Shown: positions 9,477 through 18,885 of the stretch, piece by piece
Layout: each line of letters opens with the position of its first letter
How positions within the stretch are numbered: the stretch's first letter is position 1
Source of the DNA: an uncultured Bacteroidales bacterium
Lineage (GTDB): Bacteria > Bacteroidota > Bacteroidia > Bacteroidales > ML635J-15
Reading direction: 5' to 3'
Length of the DNA: 64,000 nt
NCBI GenBank assembly: GCA_964448235.1
Contig: CAYUWD010000004.1
Span: forward strand, 4,878-68,877
Program-made: the position numbers and the translations under genes
The notes under the pieces: generated by a model
Seen by the model: the letters and a program-made list of their open reading frames with translations, nothing else
Databases searched by the model: none
What the model was told of the DNA's origin: nothing

Positions 9477-11132
9477 ATGATTTCAAAAATTACAAACATT
9501 CTGGTATTACTTGTTGTATTTGCACTATTTTCAGCATGTAATACTACTACAGAAAAAAACGACAAACAAACAGAACCTACAGAAATGCAAAAATTAGTAA
9601 ATAATTATGCCGAAGTTGAATTAAACGCAGATCTAAGTCATCTTTCTGATAATCAAAATGAAATGCTAAAAAAACTTATACAAGTAGCAGAAATTATGGA
9701 AGAAATTTTTTGGAAAGATGCTATTGGCGATAAAACAACATTTTTATCAAATATAGAAGATGAAGCTACCCGACAATATGCTATGATAAATTATGGCCCA
9801 TGGGACAGATTAAACGGTAATGAACCATTTATTGAAGAATTTGGAGCAAAACCTCTTGGAGCAAATTATTATCCACAAGACATTACCGAAGAAGAATTTG
9901 AAAATTTTGAAAATCCTGATAAAAATAGTTGGTATACACTTTTAAGAAGAGATGAAGAAGGAAATTTAAAATGTGTATGGTATCATGAAGAATATGCAGA
10001 TGAAATTAATAAAGCTGCAACTCTCCTTGAAGAAGCAGCTGTTCTAGCAGATGACGAAGGCTTTAAAAAATACCTAGAACTGCGTGCAACTGCATTACGT
10101 ACTGACGAATACCTTGCCAGTGATCTTGCATGGATGGACATGAAAGACAATATGATAGATTTTGTTGTTGGACCAATCGAAAGCTACGAAGATGGTTTTA
10201 AAGGCTTAAAAGCTGCTCATTCTGGGCAAATTCTTGTGAAAGATTTAGTTTGGAGCGAAAATATTGCAAGATTTAATTCAATGCTTCCTGAGTTACAGCA
10301 GAGTTTACCTGTACCTGACGAATACAAAAAGGAAGAAGCTTCAACATCAGGAGATATGAATGTATATTACGTATTATATTATGGCGGAGATTGTAATGCC
10401 GGAAGCAAAAATATTGCAATAAATTTACCTAATGATCCAAGAGTACACTCTGCAAAAGGATGTCGAAAATTACAACTTAAAAATGCTATGCAAGCTAAAT
10501 TTGAAAAAATATTAGTCCCAATTGCAGAACTTCTTATTGACGAAACACAATTAAAACACATTAAATTTGAAGATGGATTTTTTCAAAATGTAATGTTCCA
10601 TGAAGTTGCTCATGGATTAGGGGTTAAATACACAATTGATGAATCTTCAAGCGTAAGAGACGCATTAGAAGCTTATTACAGTCCTATTGAAGAAGCTAAA
10701 GCAGATATCGCAGGATTATACCTAGTTACTACTCTTTATGAAATGGGTGAATTTCCGGAAAAAGATTTAATGGACAATTATGTTACTTTTCTTGCAGGAA
10801 TATTTCGTTCTGTTCGATTTGGAGTTGCAAGTTCTCACGGAAAAGCTAATATGCTAGAGTTTTATTACTTACAAGAAAAAGGTGCTTTTACCAGAAATGA
10901 GGAAACAGGCAGATATTCTGTTAATTTTGAAATTATGAAGGAAGCTGTTGCTTCTCTTGTTAACGAAATAATTGTAATACAAGGAGATGGAAATAAAGAA
11001 GCTGCTAAACAATGGATAGAGACAAAAAGTACTGTTGGAGAAGAATTACAAAAAGACCTTGACAGAATTGGAGAAACTGGTATTCCTAAAGATATCGTAT
11101 TTAAACAAGGTACTGATATTTTAGGCTTATAA
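9477..11132 (+). CDS. M49 (dipeptidyl-peptidase III)-like zinc metallopeptidase, lipoprotein
   Basis: The start was moved to the ATG at 9477, giving MISKITNILVLLVVFALFSAC (lipobox). Contains HEVAHGLG and EEAKADIAGL, resembling the HExxGH / EExRAE metal sites of M49. The upstream 27 codons of the track ORF are just the 15-bp repeat (DNNNL). Confidence 0.55.
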   Translation: MISKITNILVLLVVFALFSACNTTTEKNDKQTEPTEMQKLVNNYAEVELNADLSHLSDNQNEMLKKLIQVAEIMEEIFWKDAIGDKTTFLSNIEDEATRQYAMINYGPWDRLNGNEPFIEEFGAKPLGANYYPQDITEEEFENFENPDKNSWYTLLRRDEEGNLKCVWYHEEYADEINKAATLLEEAAVLADDEGFKKYLELRATALRTDEYLASDLAWMDMKDNMIDFVVGPIESYEDGFKGLKAAHSGQILVKDLVWSENIARFNSMLPELQQSLPVPDEYKKEEASTSGDMNVYYVLYYGGDCNAGSKNIAINLPNDPRVHSAKGCRKLQLKNAMQAKFEKILVPIAELLIDETQLKHIKFEDGFFQNVMFHEVAHGLGVKYTIDESSSVRDALEAYYSPIEEAKADIAGLYLVTTLYEMGEFPEKDLMDNYVTFLAGIFRSVRFGVASSHGKANMLEFYYLQEKGAFTRNEETGRYSVNFEIMKEAVASLVNEIIVIQGDGNKEAAKQWIETKSTVGEELQKDLDRIGETGIPKDIVFKQGTDILGL

Positions 11133-11151
11133 AATAAATTTAGCGCAAAAA

Positions 11152-11188
11152 AACAAAAGCTGTCTCAAATGTGACAGCTTTTGTTTTT
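11152..11188 (+). terminator. Rho-independent terminator
   Basis: 12-bp stem acaaaagctgtc / gacagcttttgt with an 8-nt loop, followed by tttttg. Confidence 0.75.
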
Positions 11189-11247
11189 TGAAAATTATAA
11201 ATCATTGGGCAGAGTTCAGATTACAATCTCCATAAACATAATAACAA

Positions 11248-11503
11248 TTTAACCCGGATTATTCATGCGGTTAACTTTATGTAGCTGCAAGACGTCCAAC
11301 TCCACCGACATATCTTTATATTTACTCCCTTTGGTCGTGAGCTAAAGGTTCAAGGAGTTAGCAACGAAGCAGATGCATGAAGATAATCGCAAACAATACC
11401 CAGATTTGGGGTTCGTTTATTTTGAGGTATTTAAGCGTATGACATTGTGTAACAATACATTGCAAGCTAATATAATTAGTTGTGGTGAATAATTCGGGTT
11501 AAA
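11248..11503 (+). repeat. 256-bp intergenic element closed by an 18-bp inverted repeat (structured ncRNA or MITE candidate)
   Basis: tttaacccggattattca (11248-11265) pairs with tgaataattcgggttaaa (11486-11503). The single non-Watson-Crick position is G.U on the plus strand and C.A on the minus strand. The interior is visibly more GC-rich than its surroundings. The right arm overlaps the stop codon of the LuxR-type regulator. Confidence 0.4.
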
Positions 11504-12146
11504 CAACTACGAGTTTATTCTTAATAGCTTTAAACATTAAGCTAATTGTATTTTTACAATCAAACTTTGCAAATAGATTCGATTTATGCCCCACAATTGT
11601 TCTTTCGCTAACAAATAAAATATCTGCAATTTCCTTATTACTCAAACCTTCACAAACTAATTGTAATATTTCCTTTTCTCGTTTTGTAAGTTTAATATCT
11701 GTTTTTGTGTCTTTTTCTTCTTGACTAATCTGTCGTGTAAAAAAGTCGAAAAGCTCTTCACTGTAATAATTACCCCTGTTGTACACTGTTTGTATTGCCT
11801 TATTTAAAGTGTCTTTATTAATGTTTTTCATCAAAAAGCCCTTTACTCCTGCATCAATCATACTTTTAATATAATCGTTCTCATTAAACATTGTTAATGC
11901 AATAATTTTAAGGTCAGGATACTTTTCTAGAGCTTTAACTGTAGCATCAATACCATTCATTTCAGGCATTTGTATATCCATAAGTACAATATCCGGTTTA
12001 TTATCAACCAACAAATCCAAAAAATCTTTCCCATTTGAAGCCTCTGCAATAACTTTTACATATTTAATCTTACTTAAAACTAATTTTAACCCCTTTCGAA
12101 ATATTTCATGATCATCAACTAAAATTATTTTTATTCCATTTTCCAT
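11499..12146 (-). CDS. NarL/LuxR-family response regulator (receiver + HTH)
   Basis: The start was moved to MENGIKIILVDDHEIFRKG. Receiver Asp context VLMDIQMPEMNG. C-terminal LuxR HTH LTKREKEILQLVCEGLSNKEIADILFVSERTIVGHKSNLF. Confidence 0.85.
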   Translation of the reverse strand: MENGIKIILVDDHEIFRKGLKLVLSKIKYVKVIAEASNGKDFLDLLVDNKPDIVLMDIQMPEMNGIDATVKALEKYPDLKIIALTMFNENDYIKSMIDAGVKGFLMKNINKDTLNKAIQTVYNRGNYYSEELFDFFTRQISQEEKDTKTDIKLTKREKEILQLVCEGLSNKEIADILFVSERTIVGHKSNLFAKFDCKNTISLMFKAIKNKLVVV

Positions 12147-12212
12147 ATTATACCTTTTATGTATTAAATATAGCCTTCTCAAATATTGTAAATATCATTT
12201 AATAAATTGAGA

Positions 12213-14306
12213 TTATAGTTCTATACTTATATCAATTTTAAAACCCTTACCTATTGCACTTTCAAATTTATATGCCCCATTTATTGATTTTATTCTACTT
12301 ATTATATTTCGCAATCCCATTCCTTTATGTTCTAAAATCATTATTTGATCAATATCAAAACCAATCCCATCATCATCAAAATACATTATCACTTTATCAT
12401 TCGATTCTTCTAGAACAACATTAATATTTTTAGCATTAGCATGTTTTAAAGTATTATTAACTAATTCTGTAATTACTCTAAAAAGAATAAGCTCCATATT
12501 TTCATCTAAACGATTATCAAAATTAATTTTATCAAATCGGATATTAATTTTATTAGTTTTATTAACTTTTTCAAAAAAAGTATCTAAAGCATTTACTAAT
12601 CCATATTTAGAAATCGTCATTGGCATTAGATTATTTGATATTTCACGAATTGTACGGATTGATTCATCAATAATAGAATTAACTTCACCAACATATTCAT
12701 TTCTCTCGTCCAACTGAATAGAAGATGAATTTAATTCATTAACATATAATTTTATGGTAGACAATAAAGGTCCAACACTATCATGCATATCTTTTGCAAA
12801 TCGAGCTCTTTCTCTTTCTTCAGTTCTAATAACAGTACTTAATATTTCCTTTTCTGTTTCTTTTCTTAAAGTAATATTACGTGCAATACTTAAGAAAAGC
12901 TTTTCATTATTATAATCTATTAATCTAGAGATAATTTCAACTGCAATTTTTCTTCCATCCTTTGTTAAATGTTCCGATTCATATGTAAGAAAACCACTTT
13001 CTGATATTTTCTTTCTATTACTTCTTACTTGCATAGCATAAGAAGATGTCTTAATATCTGCAATTTTCATTTTTAGAAATTCTTCCTTTGTATATCCCAA
13101 ATTATTACAACTAGCCTGATTTACTTCGATAATATTTTCATCAATATCTGTAACAAAGATACTATCTCCTGCACTATTAAAAAGTTTACGAAAACGATCC
13201 TGTGATTGTTGTAATTTTTCAGTTGTTGATTGTAGTTGTTTTTTAGAAATATTAAGTTCTTTAAGATAATTATATATTCTATCAGCAGTAAGCAAATACA
13301 AGATTACCAACATCAAAATAATAGAACTAAAAGCAACAATAGATGATGTAAAAATTGTATTTCGAACAAACACTTTGTTTTCAGCCTTAATATCCAAAGT
13401 CGCAACAACAAACAATTCAAAATCTTCAAAATATCGACAAACAGCTAACTTTTCTACATTATTATATCTATAAGTAAATGGTTGTGTAACATTACTCACA
13501 ACAGTATTAAATAATACACTATCTTTCCAATTTTGACCGGCAATCTGGGGATGAACAATAATATTACCATTTTTATCAAAAACAACTGGATAACCAGTTT
13601 TTCCAATTTTTATATCTTCGAGTACAGATCTCAATTTTTTCAAATCTTTTTCCTGATTCCCCACATATAAAATCCCGACAATCTCATCCTTATACCAAAT
13701 AGGCTCGTATGCAGTTATATACCAATCATTTACTACATAAGCCCTTCCATAATAGATCTCTCCATTCTCAATTGCCTGTACTACAAGAGATGAATTTGAG
13801 ATATATGAATTAACAGCCCGACTACCATCAAGATTTAGTACATTTGTTGAAATTCGCACATAACCACTATCAACTTTCTGAAAAATAGTCGCTGTTCCTC
13901 CTAAAAGCGACTTAATACTATCAACAAACACAAAACTCTCGCTCAACAATTCTCCGTCTAGATACCATTCGTAGATATCTTCTTCATATGTTTGATTATT
14001 AACCTGATTTTTAATTTGAATCGGTTTCCTTTTTTTAGTAATATAAAAATCTTTGCCCATAAAATAATTATGTGCGACATTAAGATTTATCTTAACTTTT
14101 TCCAGCTTTAATTGCCTCTCTCTCTCAAACATTTTAGTAATTGTTTCTACTTCGAGAGTAAGGCTATTTTCAAGCTGTTCATTAAAAGTTCTAATAGAGC
14201 TATTTATAAATAATAATGTTACAATAGTTGTTATAATTATTATCAATGCCGCTATAGGTAAAAACAAACGAAGTTTTAATCTAATTCGCGACTCTCTATT
14301 ATTCAT
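12213..14306 (-). CDS. Sensor histidine kinase: extracytoplasmic Cache-like domain, PAS, HisKA_3, HATPase
   Basis: An N-terminal TM helix, a loop of about 280 aa, a second TM helix, a PAS region (FRKLFNSAGDSIFVTDIDENIIEVNQA), the HisKA_3 H-box ERARFAKDMHDSVGPLL, and an ATPase (NTLKHANA...DDGIGF...GMGLRN). Confidence 0.8.
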   Translation of the reverse strand: MNNRESRIRLKLRLFLPIAALIIIITTIVTLLFINSSIRTFNEQLENSLTLEVETITKMFERERQLKLEKVKINLNVAHNYFMGKDFYITKKRKPIQIKNQVNNQTYEEDIYEWYLDGELLSESFVFVDSIKSLLGGTATIFQKVDSGYVRISTNVLNLDGSRAVNSYISNSSLVVQAIENGEIYYGRAYVVNDWYITAYEPIWYKDEIVGILYVGNQEKDLKKLRSVLEDIKIGKTGYPVVFDKNGNIIVHPQIAGQNWKDSVLFNTVVSNVTQPFTYRYNNVEKLAVCRYFEDFELFVVATLDIKAENKVFVRNTIFTSSIVAFSSIILMLVILYLLTADRIYNYLKELNISKKQLQSTTEKLQQSQDRFRKLFNSAGDSIFVTDIDENIIEVNQASCNNLGYTKEEFLKMKIADIKTSSYAMQVRSNRKKISESGFLTYESEHLTKDGRKIAVEIISRLIDYNNEKLFLSIARNITLRKETEKEILSTVIRTEERERARFAKDMHDSVGPLLSTIKLYVNELNSSSIQLDERNEYVGEVNSIIDESIRTIREISNNLMPMTISKYGLVNALDTFFEKVNKTNKINIRFDKINFDNRLDENMELILFRVITELVNNTLKHANAKNINVVLEESNDKVIMYFDDDGIGFDIDQIMILEHKGMGLRNIISRIKSINGAYKFESAIGKGFKIDISIEL

Positions 14307-14384
14307 ATCACTACAAAAGTATTTATTGATTACAAATTTAATCTTTTTTAAGGAATAGAAATAAATAATGATGAACTTTTAAAA

Positions 14385-14421
14385 GAAACACGCAGCATAA
14401 AAACCAAATACCACGTGTTTC
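14385..14421 (-). terminator. Weak terminator-like hairpin downstream of hydF
   Basis: 8-bp stem gaaacacg / cgtgtttc with a 21-nt loop. On the minus strand it is followed by TTTTAAAAG, so the U-run is only short. Confidence 0.3.
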
Positions 14422-14448
14422 AATAAAGCTATTATTATATAACGTGAG

Positions 14449-15651
14449 CTATATACAATTAAAAATCTCTGTGACTCGTTTAAGAATCCCGTTTACTTTT
14501 GCAATAGTAAGTCCATAATTAGTAATTGGAATATTTTTACTTGTAAAATAATCAATTCTACTTTGGATCTGTTTAGCTGTTGCAACACAACCACCGCACT
14601 GAATCACTAAAGCATATTTATCCACAGTTTTAGGTATATTATCTACACCTGAACTAAATTCAAAAAAGAGTTTTTTTCCTGTATATTCTTGTAACCATTT
14701 TGGAATCTTATACCTGCCAATATCTTCGCAACTAATTTGATGAGTACATGATTCAAGAATTAATATATTGTCATTTTCTTTTAATGAATCAATTTTTTTT
14801 GTCCCTTCTATATATTTATTGATATCTCCTTTTAAGCGTGCAAACAAAATACTAAAACTAGTTAAAGCCCAATCTTTAGGTATATTTTGTTCTACATAAT
14901 CAAAAACCTGACTGTCAGTTACAGTTAAATCAGGTTTTATACCTAGTTTTAAAAAGTCACAAAGTTCTGTTTCTTTTACAGACATAAAAATACAATTTTT
15001 ATCTAGAATATCTCTCCAAGCCATAACTTGTGGTAAAATCATCCTACCCTCCGGAGCTTCAGAGTCTATTGGATTTACAAGTAACACTATATCCTTTGGC
15101 TTAATAATATCAGCAAATAGAGATGGTTTAACAAATGAACTTTCAGGTATTTTAGTTTTAATCGCCTCAATAATTTCTTCTCTATTTACAAAATTAACAG
15201 ATGAAAATTCCAAAACCTTTTCACTAGTCTCTTTTTTTATATCATTTATAGTATTTTCCTTAATAGAAGCAATATCAGATTTATTGTGTATAATAATATA
15301 AGGAATAGAAAACTCATTAAATTGTTTTATTTGATTTATCTCTATATCATCAAAAGAATTATCGGCAATCACTAAAACTGCCAAATCTATATTTTTAATT
15401 ACATTATTAGTTTTCTCAATTCGTTTTATCCCTAACACTCCTTCATCATCAATTCCTGCTGTATCAATCAATATTACAGGACCTATGCCAAATATCTCTG
15501 TGGTTTTTTTAACTGGATCTGTTGTAGTTCCCGGATAATCAGAAACGATTGCGACATCTTGACCAACTAGAGCATTGATAAATGAACTCTTACCATTATT
15601 CCTTTTGCCAAAAATTCCAATATGTGGTTTTAAATCATTTCCTCTTTTCAT
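14449..15651 (-). CDS. hydF: [FeFe]-hydrogenase maturation GTPase HydF
   Basis: P-loop GKRNNGKSSFINAL, DTAG, NKSD, and a C-terminal cluster-binding CTH...QCGGC pattern. Adjacent to hydG. Confidence 0.85.
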   Translation of the reverse strand: MKRGNDLKPHIGIFGKRNNGKSSFINALVGQDVAIVSDYPGTTTDPVKKTTEIFGIGPVILIDTAGIDDEGVLGIKRIEKTNNVIKNIDLAVLVIADNSFDDIEINQIKQFNEFSIPYIIIHNKSDIASIKENTINDIKKETSEKVLEFSSVNFVNREEIIEAIKTKIPESSFVKPSLFADIIKPKDIVLLVNPIDSEAPEGRMILPQVMAWRDILDKNCIFMSVKETELCDFLKLGIKPDLTVTDSQVFDYVEQNIPKDWALTSFSILFARLKGDINKYIEGTKKIDSLKENDNILILESCTHQISCEDIGRYKIPKWLQEYTGKKLFFEFSSGVDNIPKTVDKYALVIQCGGCVATAKQIQSRIDYFTSKNIPITNYGLTIAKVNGILKRVTEIFNCI

Positions 15652-15666
15652 AATTAAATTAGTTTT

Positions 15667-15853
15667 TTAAAAACACAAAATCCGAACAAAAGAGGGAGAT
15701 AATTTAGAAATAATATTAGGAGTTTTTTTGAGTATAGAAAAACTAAGGAGTTTTTGATATTTATAAAATTGTGCCTAAGCATTGAAATGAATTGATATTT
15801 TTGCACTATAATTATCATGTTTTCTATCTCTGTATCGGATTTTGTGTTTTTAA
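15667..15853. repeat. 187-bp element bounded by 19-bp perfect inverted repeats, in the hydG-hydF spacer
   Basis: ttaaaaacacaaaatccga (15667-15685) is the exact reverse complement of tcggattttgtgtttttaa (15835-15853). Confidence 0.6.
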
Positions 15854-15865
15854 AATGTTTATAAA

Positions 15866-17296
15866 TTAAAAATATAAATCTCTTTCACCATTTTTAATCC
15901 TATCTATTCGAGATTTAATCTCTTTTATGTCTCTGTACTTTTTAATATCTTCAAGATTTTTTTGAATAACTTCCCAGCCTTTTTGCGCTGTTGATTTCGG
16001 AGCATAATCAACAAGATACTCTGATAAAGTTAATATCGCATTTGCAGAACAGAATCTTTTAATAAAACCTGGTACTGAAAACTCCATAAAATGTTCTCCT
16101 GTCCTACCTAAACGATAACATGCAGTACAAAATGATGGCAAATAACCTTCATCTAACAATTCATCAATAACTTCATTTAGTGATCTATTATCATTTATTA
16201 GAAATTGTTCCTTATTCAGATTCTGATTTTTCTTAAATTTCTCTGCATAAGCTCCTATTTCAATTTTTGTTCCAGCATCAACCTGAGAGCAGCCATATTG
16301 TAAAACTTCTTTACGAATTTTTTCCGGTTCTCTGGCAGTTAATATCAAACCTGTATATGGTACAGCCAAACGTAATATTGCTACTATTCTAGTAAATTCT
16401 TCATCATTAACAATATGTTTATATTTTTCATTTTCATCATTTAGTGCTTTCTGAATTCTTGGAAAGGATATGGTATGAGGTCCGACATTATAGCAAGCTT
16501 CAAGATGATTTGTATGACGTACTAATGATAAAACTTCAAATCTCCAATCATCTAATCCAAACAAAGCTCCAATTCCAACATCATCAATACCAGCTTCCAT
16601 TGCTGTATCCAAGGAGGTAAGACGATAATTATAATCAGCCTTTTTACCTGATAGATGATACTCTTTATATGTTTCAGGATGATAAGTCTCCTGAAATATT
16701 TGAAATGTACCAATTCCAGCTTCTTTAACTTTTTTAAATCCATCAAAATCAAAAGGTGCAGCATTAATATTTACTCTTCGAATCTCTCCATTTCCATTCT
16801 TAATACTGTATACATGTTTTACAGTTTCTGCAATATAGTCAGCACTATAATTTTTGTGCTCACCAAATACCAAAATTAATCGTTTTTGACCATTTTGTTC
16901 AAGAGCAATAACATTTTCTTCTAATTCTTCAGGACTAAGCGTTATACGTGTGGCATTAGCATTTGAAGTTCTAAAGCCACAATACTTACAATTATTACTG
17001 CAAAGATTTCCAACATATAAGGGAGCAAACAAAACAATTCGATTACCATAAATTTTTTGCTTTAGCTCTTTAGCACCTTCTTTTATCAATTCGACAAATT
17101 CAGGCTTATCAGCTTGAACAAGCGTTGCAACTTCAGCTAAATTAAGCCTTTCCTTATTAAGAGATTTAGCAATTATTCTTTTTATCTCCTCTTCGGTAAG
17201 TTTTGCATGATTAATAAAGTCCCATATTTCCTCAGAATCTATAAATCTCTGGAGTGGTTTATCTTCTATCTTATATTTCTGTGGTTTAAAAATCAT
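15866..17296 (-). CDS. hydG: [FeFe]-hydrogenase radical-SAM maturase HydG
   Basis: Radical SAM motif CSNNCKYCGF, ThiH-like body, and a C-terminal CxxCx22C motif (SFCTACYRLGRTGEHFMEFSVPGFIKRFC). Confidence 0.85.
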   Translation of the reverse strand: MIFKPQKYKIEDKPLQRFIDSEEIWDFINHAKLTEEEIKRIIAKSLNKERLNLAEVATLVQADKPEFVELIKEGAKELKQKIYGNRIVLFAPLYVGNLCSNNCKYCGFRTSNANATRITLSPEELEENVIALEQNGQKRLILVFGEHKNYSADYIAETVKHVYSIKNGNGEIRRVNINAAPFDFDGFKKVKEAGIGTFQIFQETYHPETYKEYHLSGKKADYNYRLTSLDTAMEAGIDDVGIGALFGLDDWRFEVLSLVRHTNHLEACYNVGPHTISFPRIQKALNDENEKYKHIVNDEEFTRIVAILRLAVPYTGLILTAREPEKIRKEVLQYGCSQVDAGTKIEIGAYAEKFKKNQNLNKEQFLINDNRSLNEVIDELLDEGYLPSFCTACYRLGRTGEHFMEFSVPGFIKRFCSANAILTLSEYLVDYAPKSTAQKGWEVIQKNLEDIKKYRDIKEIKSRIDRIKNGERDLYF

Positions 17297-17317
17297 AGCT
17301 AAATATTTTACAATACA

Positions 17318-18454
17318 TTACTTTGTGTCATTATTAACTATAGGAAGATAAACAATAAATTTACTCCCAACATCAGGTTTACTATCAAGATGTATTCGTC
17401 CATTATTTAATTCAACCATTTTCTTTACAATTGATAAACCTAATCCGCTTCCAGTTACGTTTTTAGTTTTAGCATTTTTTATCCGAACAAATTCCTGAAA
17501 AAGATTTTCTTGTTCATCTATACTCATTCCTATCCCAGTATCTTCTACCGATATTTTTGCATAGCCATCATTTTCTATAATATCGACAAAAACTTCTCCA
17601 TCATCTTTATTGTATTTTACGGCATTAGACACCAAATTGTTTAAAATAATTTCAACTTCTTCTTTATCGGACTTAATCCAACAAGTTTTATTACCAGAAA
17701 TGTTTAATTTTACATGTTTTTGAATTGCGGCAGGCTCCATAGTTGCCATAGCAATTTTTGCAATCTCGACAACATCAACTTTAGATATTTCTCTATTCTT
17801 TTTTCCTGACTCAAGTTTAGTTAAATCCAAAAGATCAAATATCAAAGTACGCATACCTTTAATTCTCTCAATTGAACGATCAATCATAACCTTATAATCA
17901 TCTATAGAATCTCCAACTTGTTTATCCTGCATAATTTTTAGGTAACCTTCAATTGCATTTATAGGAGATTTTAACTCGTGAGAAAGAACAGAAAGAAACT
18001 GAAACCTTATTTCTTTTCCTTCTTTCTTCATTTTACGAGTCATCCTTTGTAAATAAAGACGTTTAGTAATATCTTCAATTGCAGATTTTAATTCCTGAGG
18101 AGTAAATGGTTTTGGAACAAAATTATATGCTCCATTATTAGTTGCTTTAACAGCAAGTTCTAATGATGCATAACTAGTAATCATCATCACTAATGCGTCA
18201 TATTGCTTTTTGTTTATATATTCCAAAACCTCAATCCCATCAATACCAGGCAATTTATTATCAAGTAAGATAATATCAACTTCATTATTTTCAACAATTT
18301 CTATAGCTCTTTCACCTGTTTCTGCTTCAATTAGTTTAAAATCGAAATCATCATTCAAGAAAGGATAACTAACAGTAAAGTTTCTCAAAATGCGTTGAAT
18401 TCCACTACGAATACCTGGTTCATCATCAACAATTAAAATCTTTAAAGTTTCCAT
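17318..18454 (-). CDS. Hybrid receiver-histidine kinase (N-terminal REC, HisKA, HATPase)
   Basis: REC region ILIVDDEPGIRSG...IILLDNKLPGIDG. H-box LSVLSHELKSPINAIEGY. ATPase boxes NLVSNAVKYN, DTGIGM, GSGLGLSIV. Confidence 0.85.
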   Translation of the reverse strand: METLKILIVDDEPGIRSGIQRILRNFTVSYPFLNDDFDFKLIEAETGERAIEIVENNEVDIILLDNKLPGIDGIEVLEYINKKQYDALVMMITSYASLELAVKATNNGAYNFVPKPFTPQELKSAIEDITKRLYLQRMTRKMKKEGKEIRFQFLSVLSHELKSPINAIEGYLKIMQDKQVGDSIDDYKVMIDRSIERIKGMRTLIFDLLDLTKLESGKKNREISKVDVVEIAKIAMATMEPAAIQKHVKLNISGNKTCWIKSDKEEVEIILNNLVSNAVKYNKDDGEVFVDIIENDGYAKISVEDTGIGMSIDEQENLFQEFVRIKNAKTKNVTGSGLGLSIVKKMVELNNGRIHLDSKPDVGSKFIVYLPIVNNDTK

Positions 18455-18456
18455 AA

Positions 18457-18855
18457 CTATACTTTTAAAAGTTTGTTTATTTCTCTATGTAATTGATCTG
18501 ATCTTATTCCTTTTTCAAGATAAAGATCTGCTTTTATCCATTTCCGTTCATCATCAGTATCAAGAGAAAACACCATTCCAGTATCAGCAGTTACAGCAGT
18601 AGCAAGAATAATAGGAACATCCGGATATTTATTCTTCATTTTATAACTAAGAATAAAACCACTATCTTTATTTTCCATCATTAAATCAACAATTGCTAAA
18701 TCTGGTTTTGTGTTTTCAATTATCTCTTCCCCTTCTTTTTGTCCATCTGCAATAATAGTATTAAATCCAAAACTCTCAACCTGAATTTTCAACTGATTTG
18801 CGTAATCTACATCATCATCTACAATTAAAATTGTCTTGTTCATCTTGTCTTTCAT
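18457..18855 (-). CDS. Stand-alone response-regulator receiver protein (CheY-like)
   Basis: 132 aa. ILIVDDDVDYANQL...LAIVDLMMEN...LEKG, with no output domain. Confidence 0.85.
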   Translation of the reverse strand: MKDKMNKTILIVDDDVDYANQLKIQVESFGFNTIIADGQKEGEEIIENTKPDLAIVDLMMENKDSGFILSYKMKNKYPDVPIILATAVTADTGMVFSLDTDDERKWIKADLYLEKGIRSDQLHREINKLLKV

Positions 18856-18885
18856 AATTATATATTTTTAAATTTATTCATTACA

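Noticed and set aside
11338-11350. 13-nt match (tgagctaaaggtt) between the 11.3-kb element and the reverse complement of 6285-6297, suggesting the two IR-bounded elements are one family
   Set aside because: Dozens of 13-mer matches are expected by chance between the strands of a 64-kb AT-rich window. The termini of the two elements are unrelated.
11133-11498. Possible SRP (4.5S) RNA, because of a GAAGCAG string and the presence of ftsY in the window
   Set aside because: The conserved domain IV context (GGUCCGGAAGGAAGCAGCC-like with a GGAA tetraloop) is not present.
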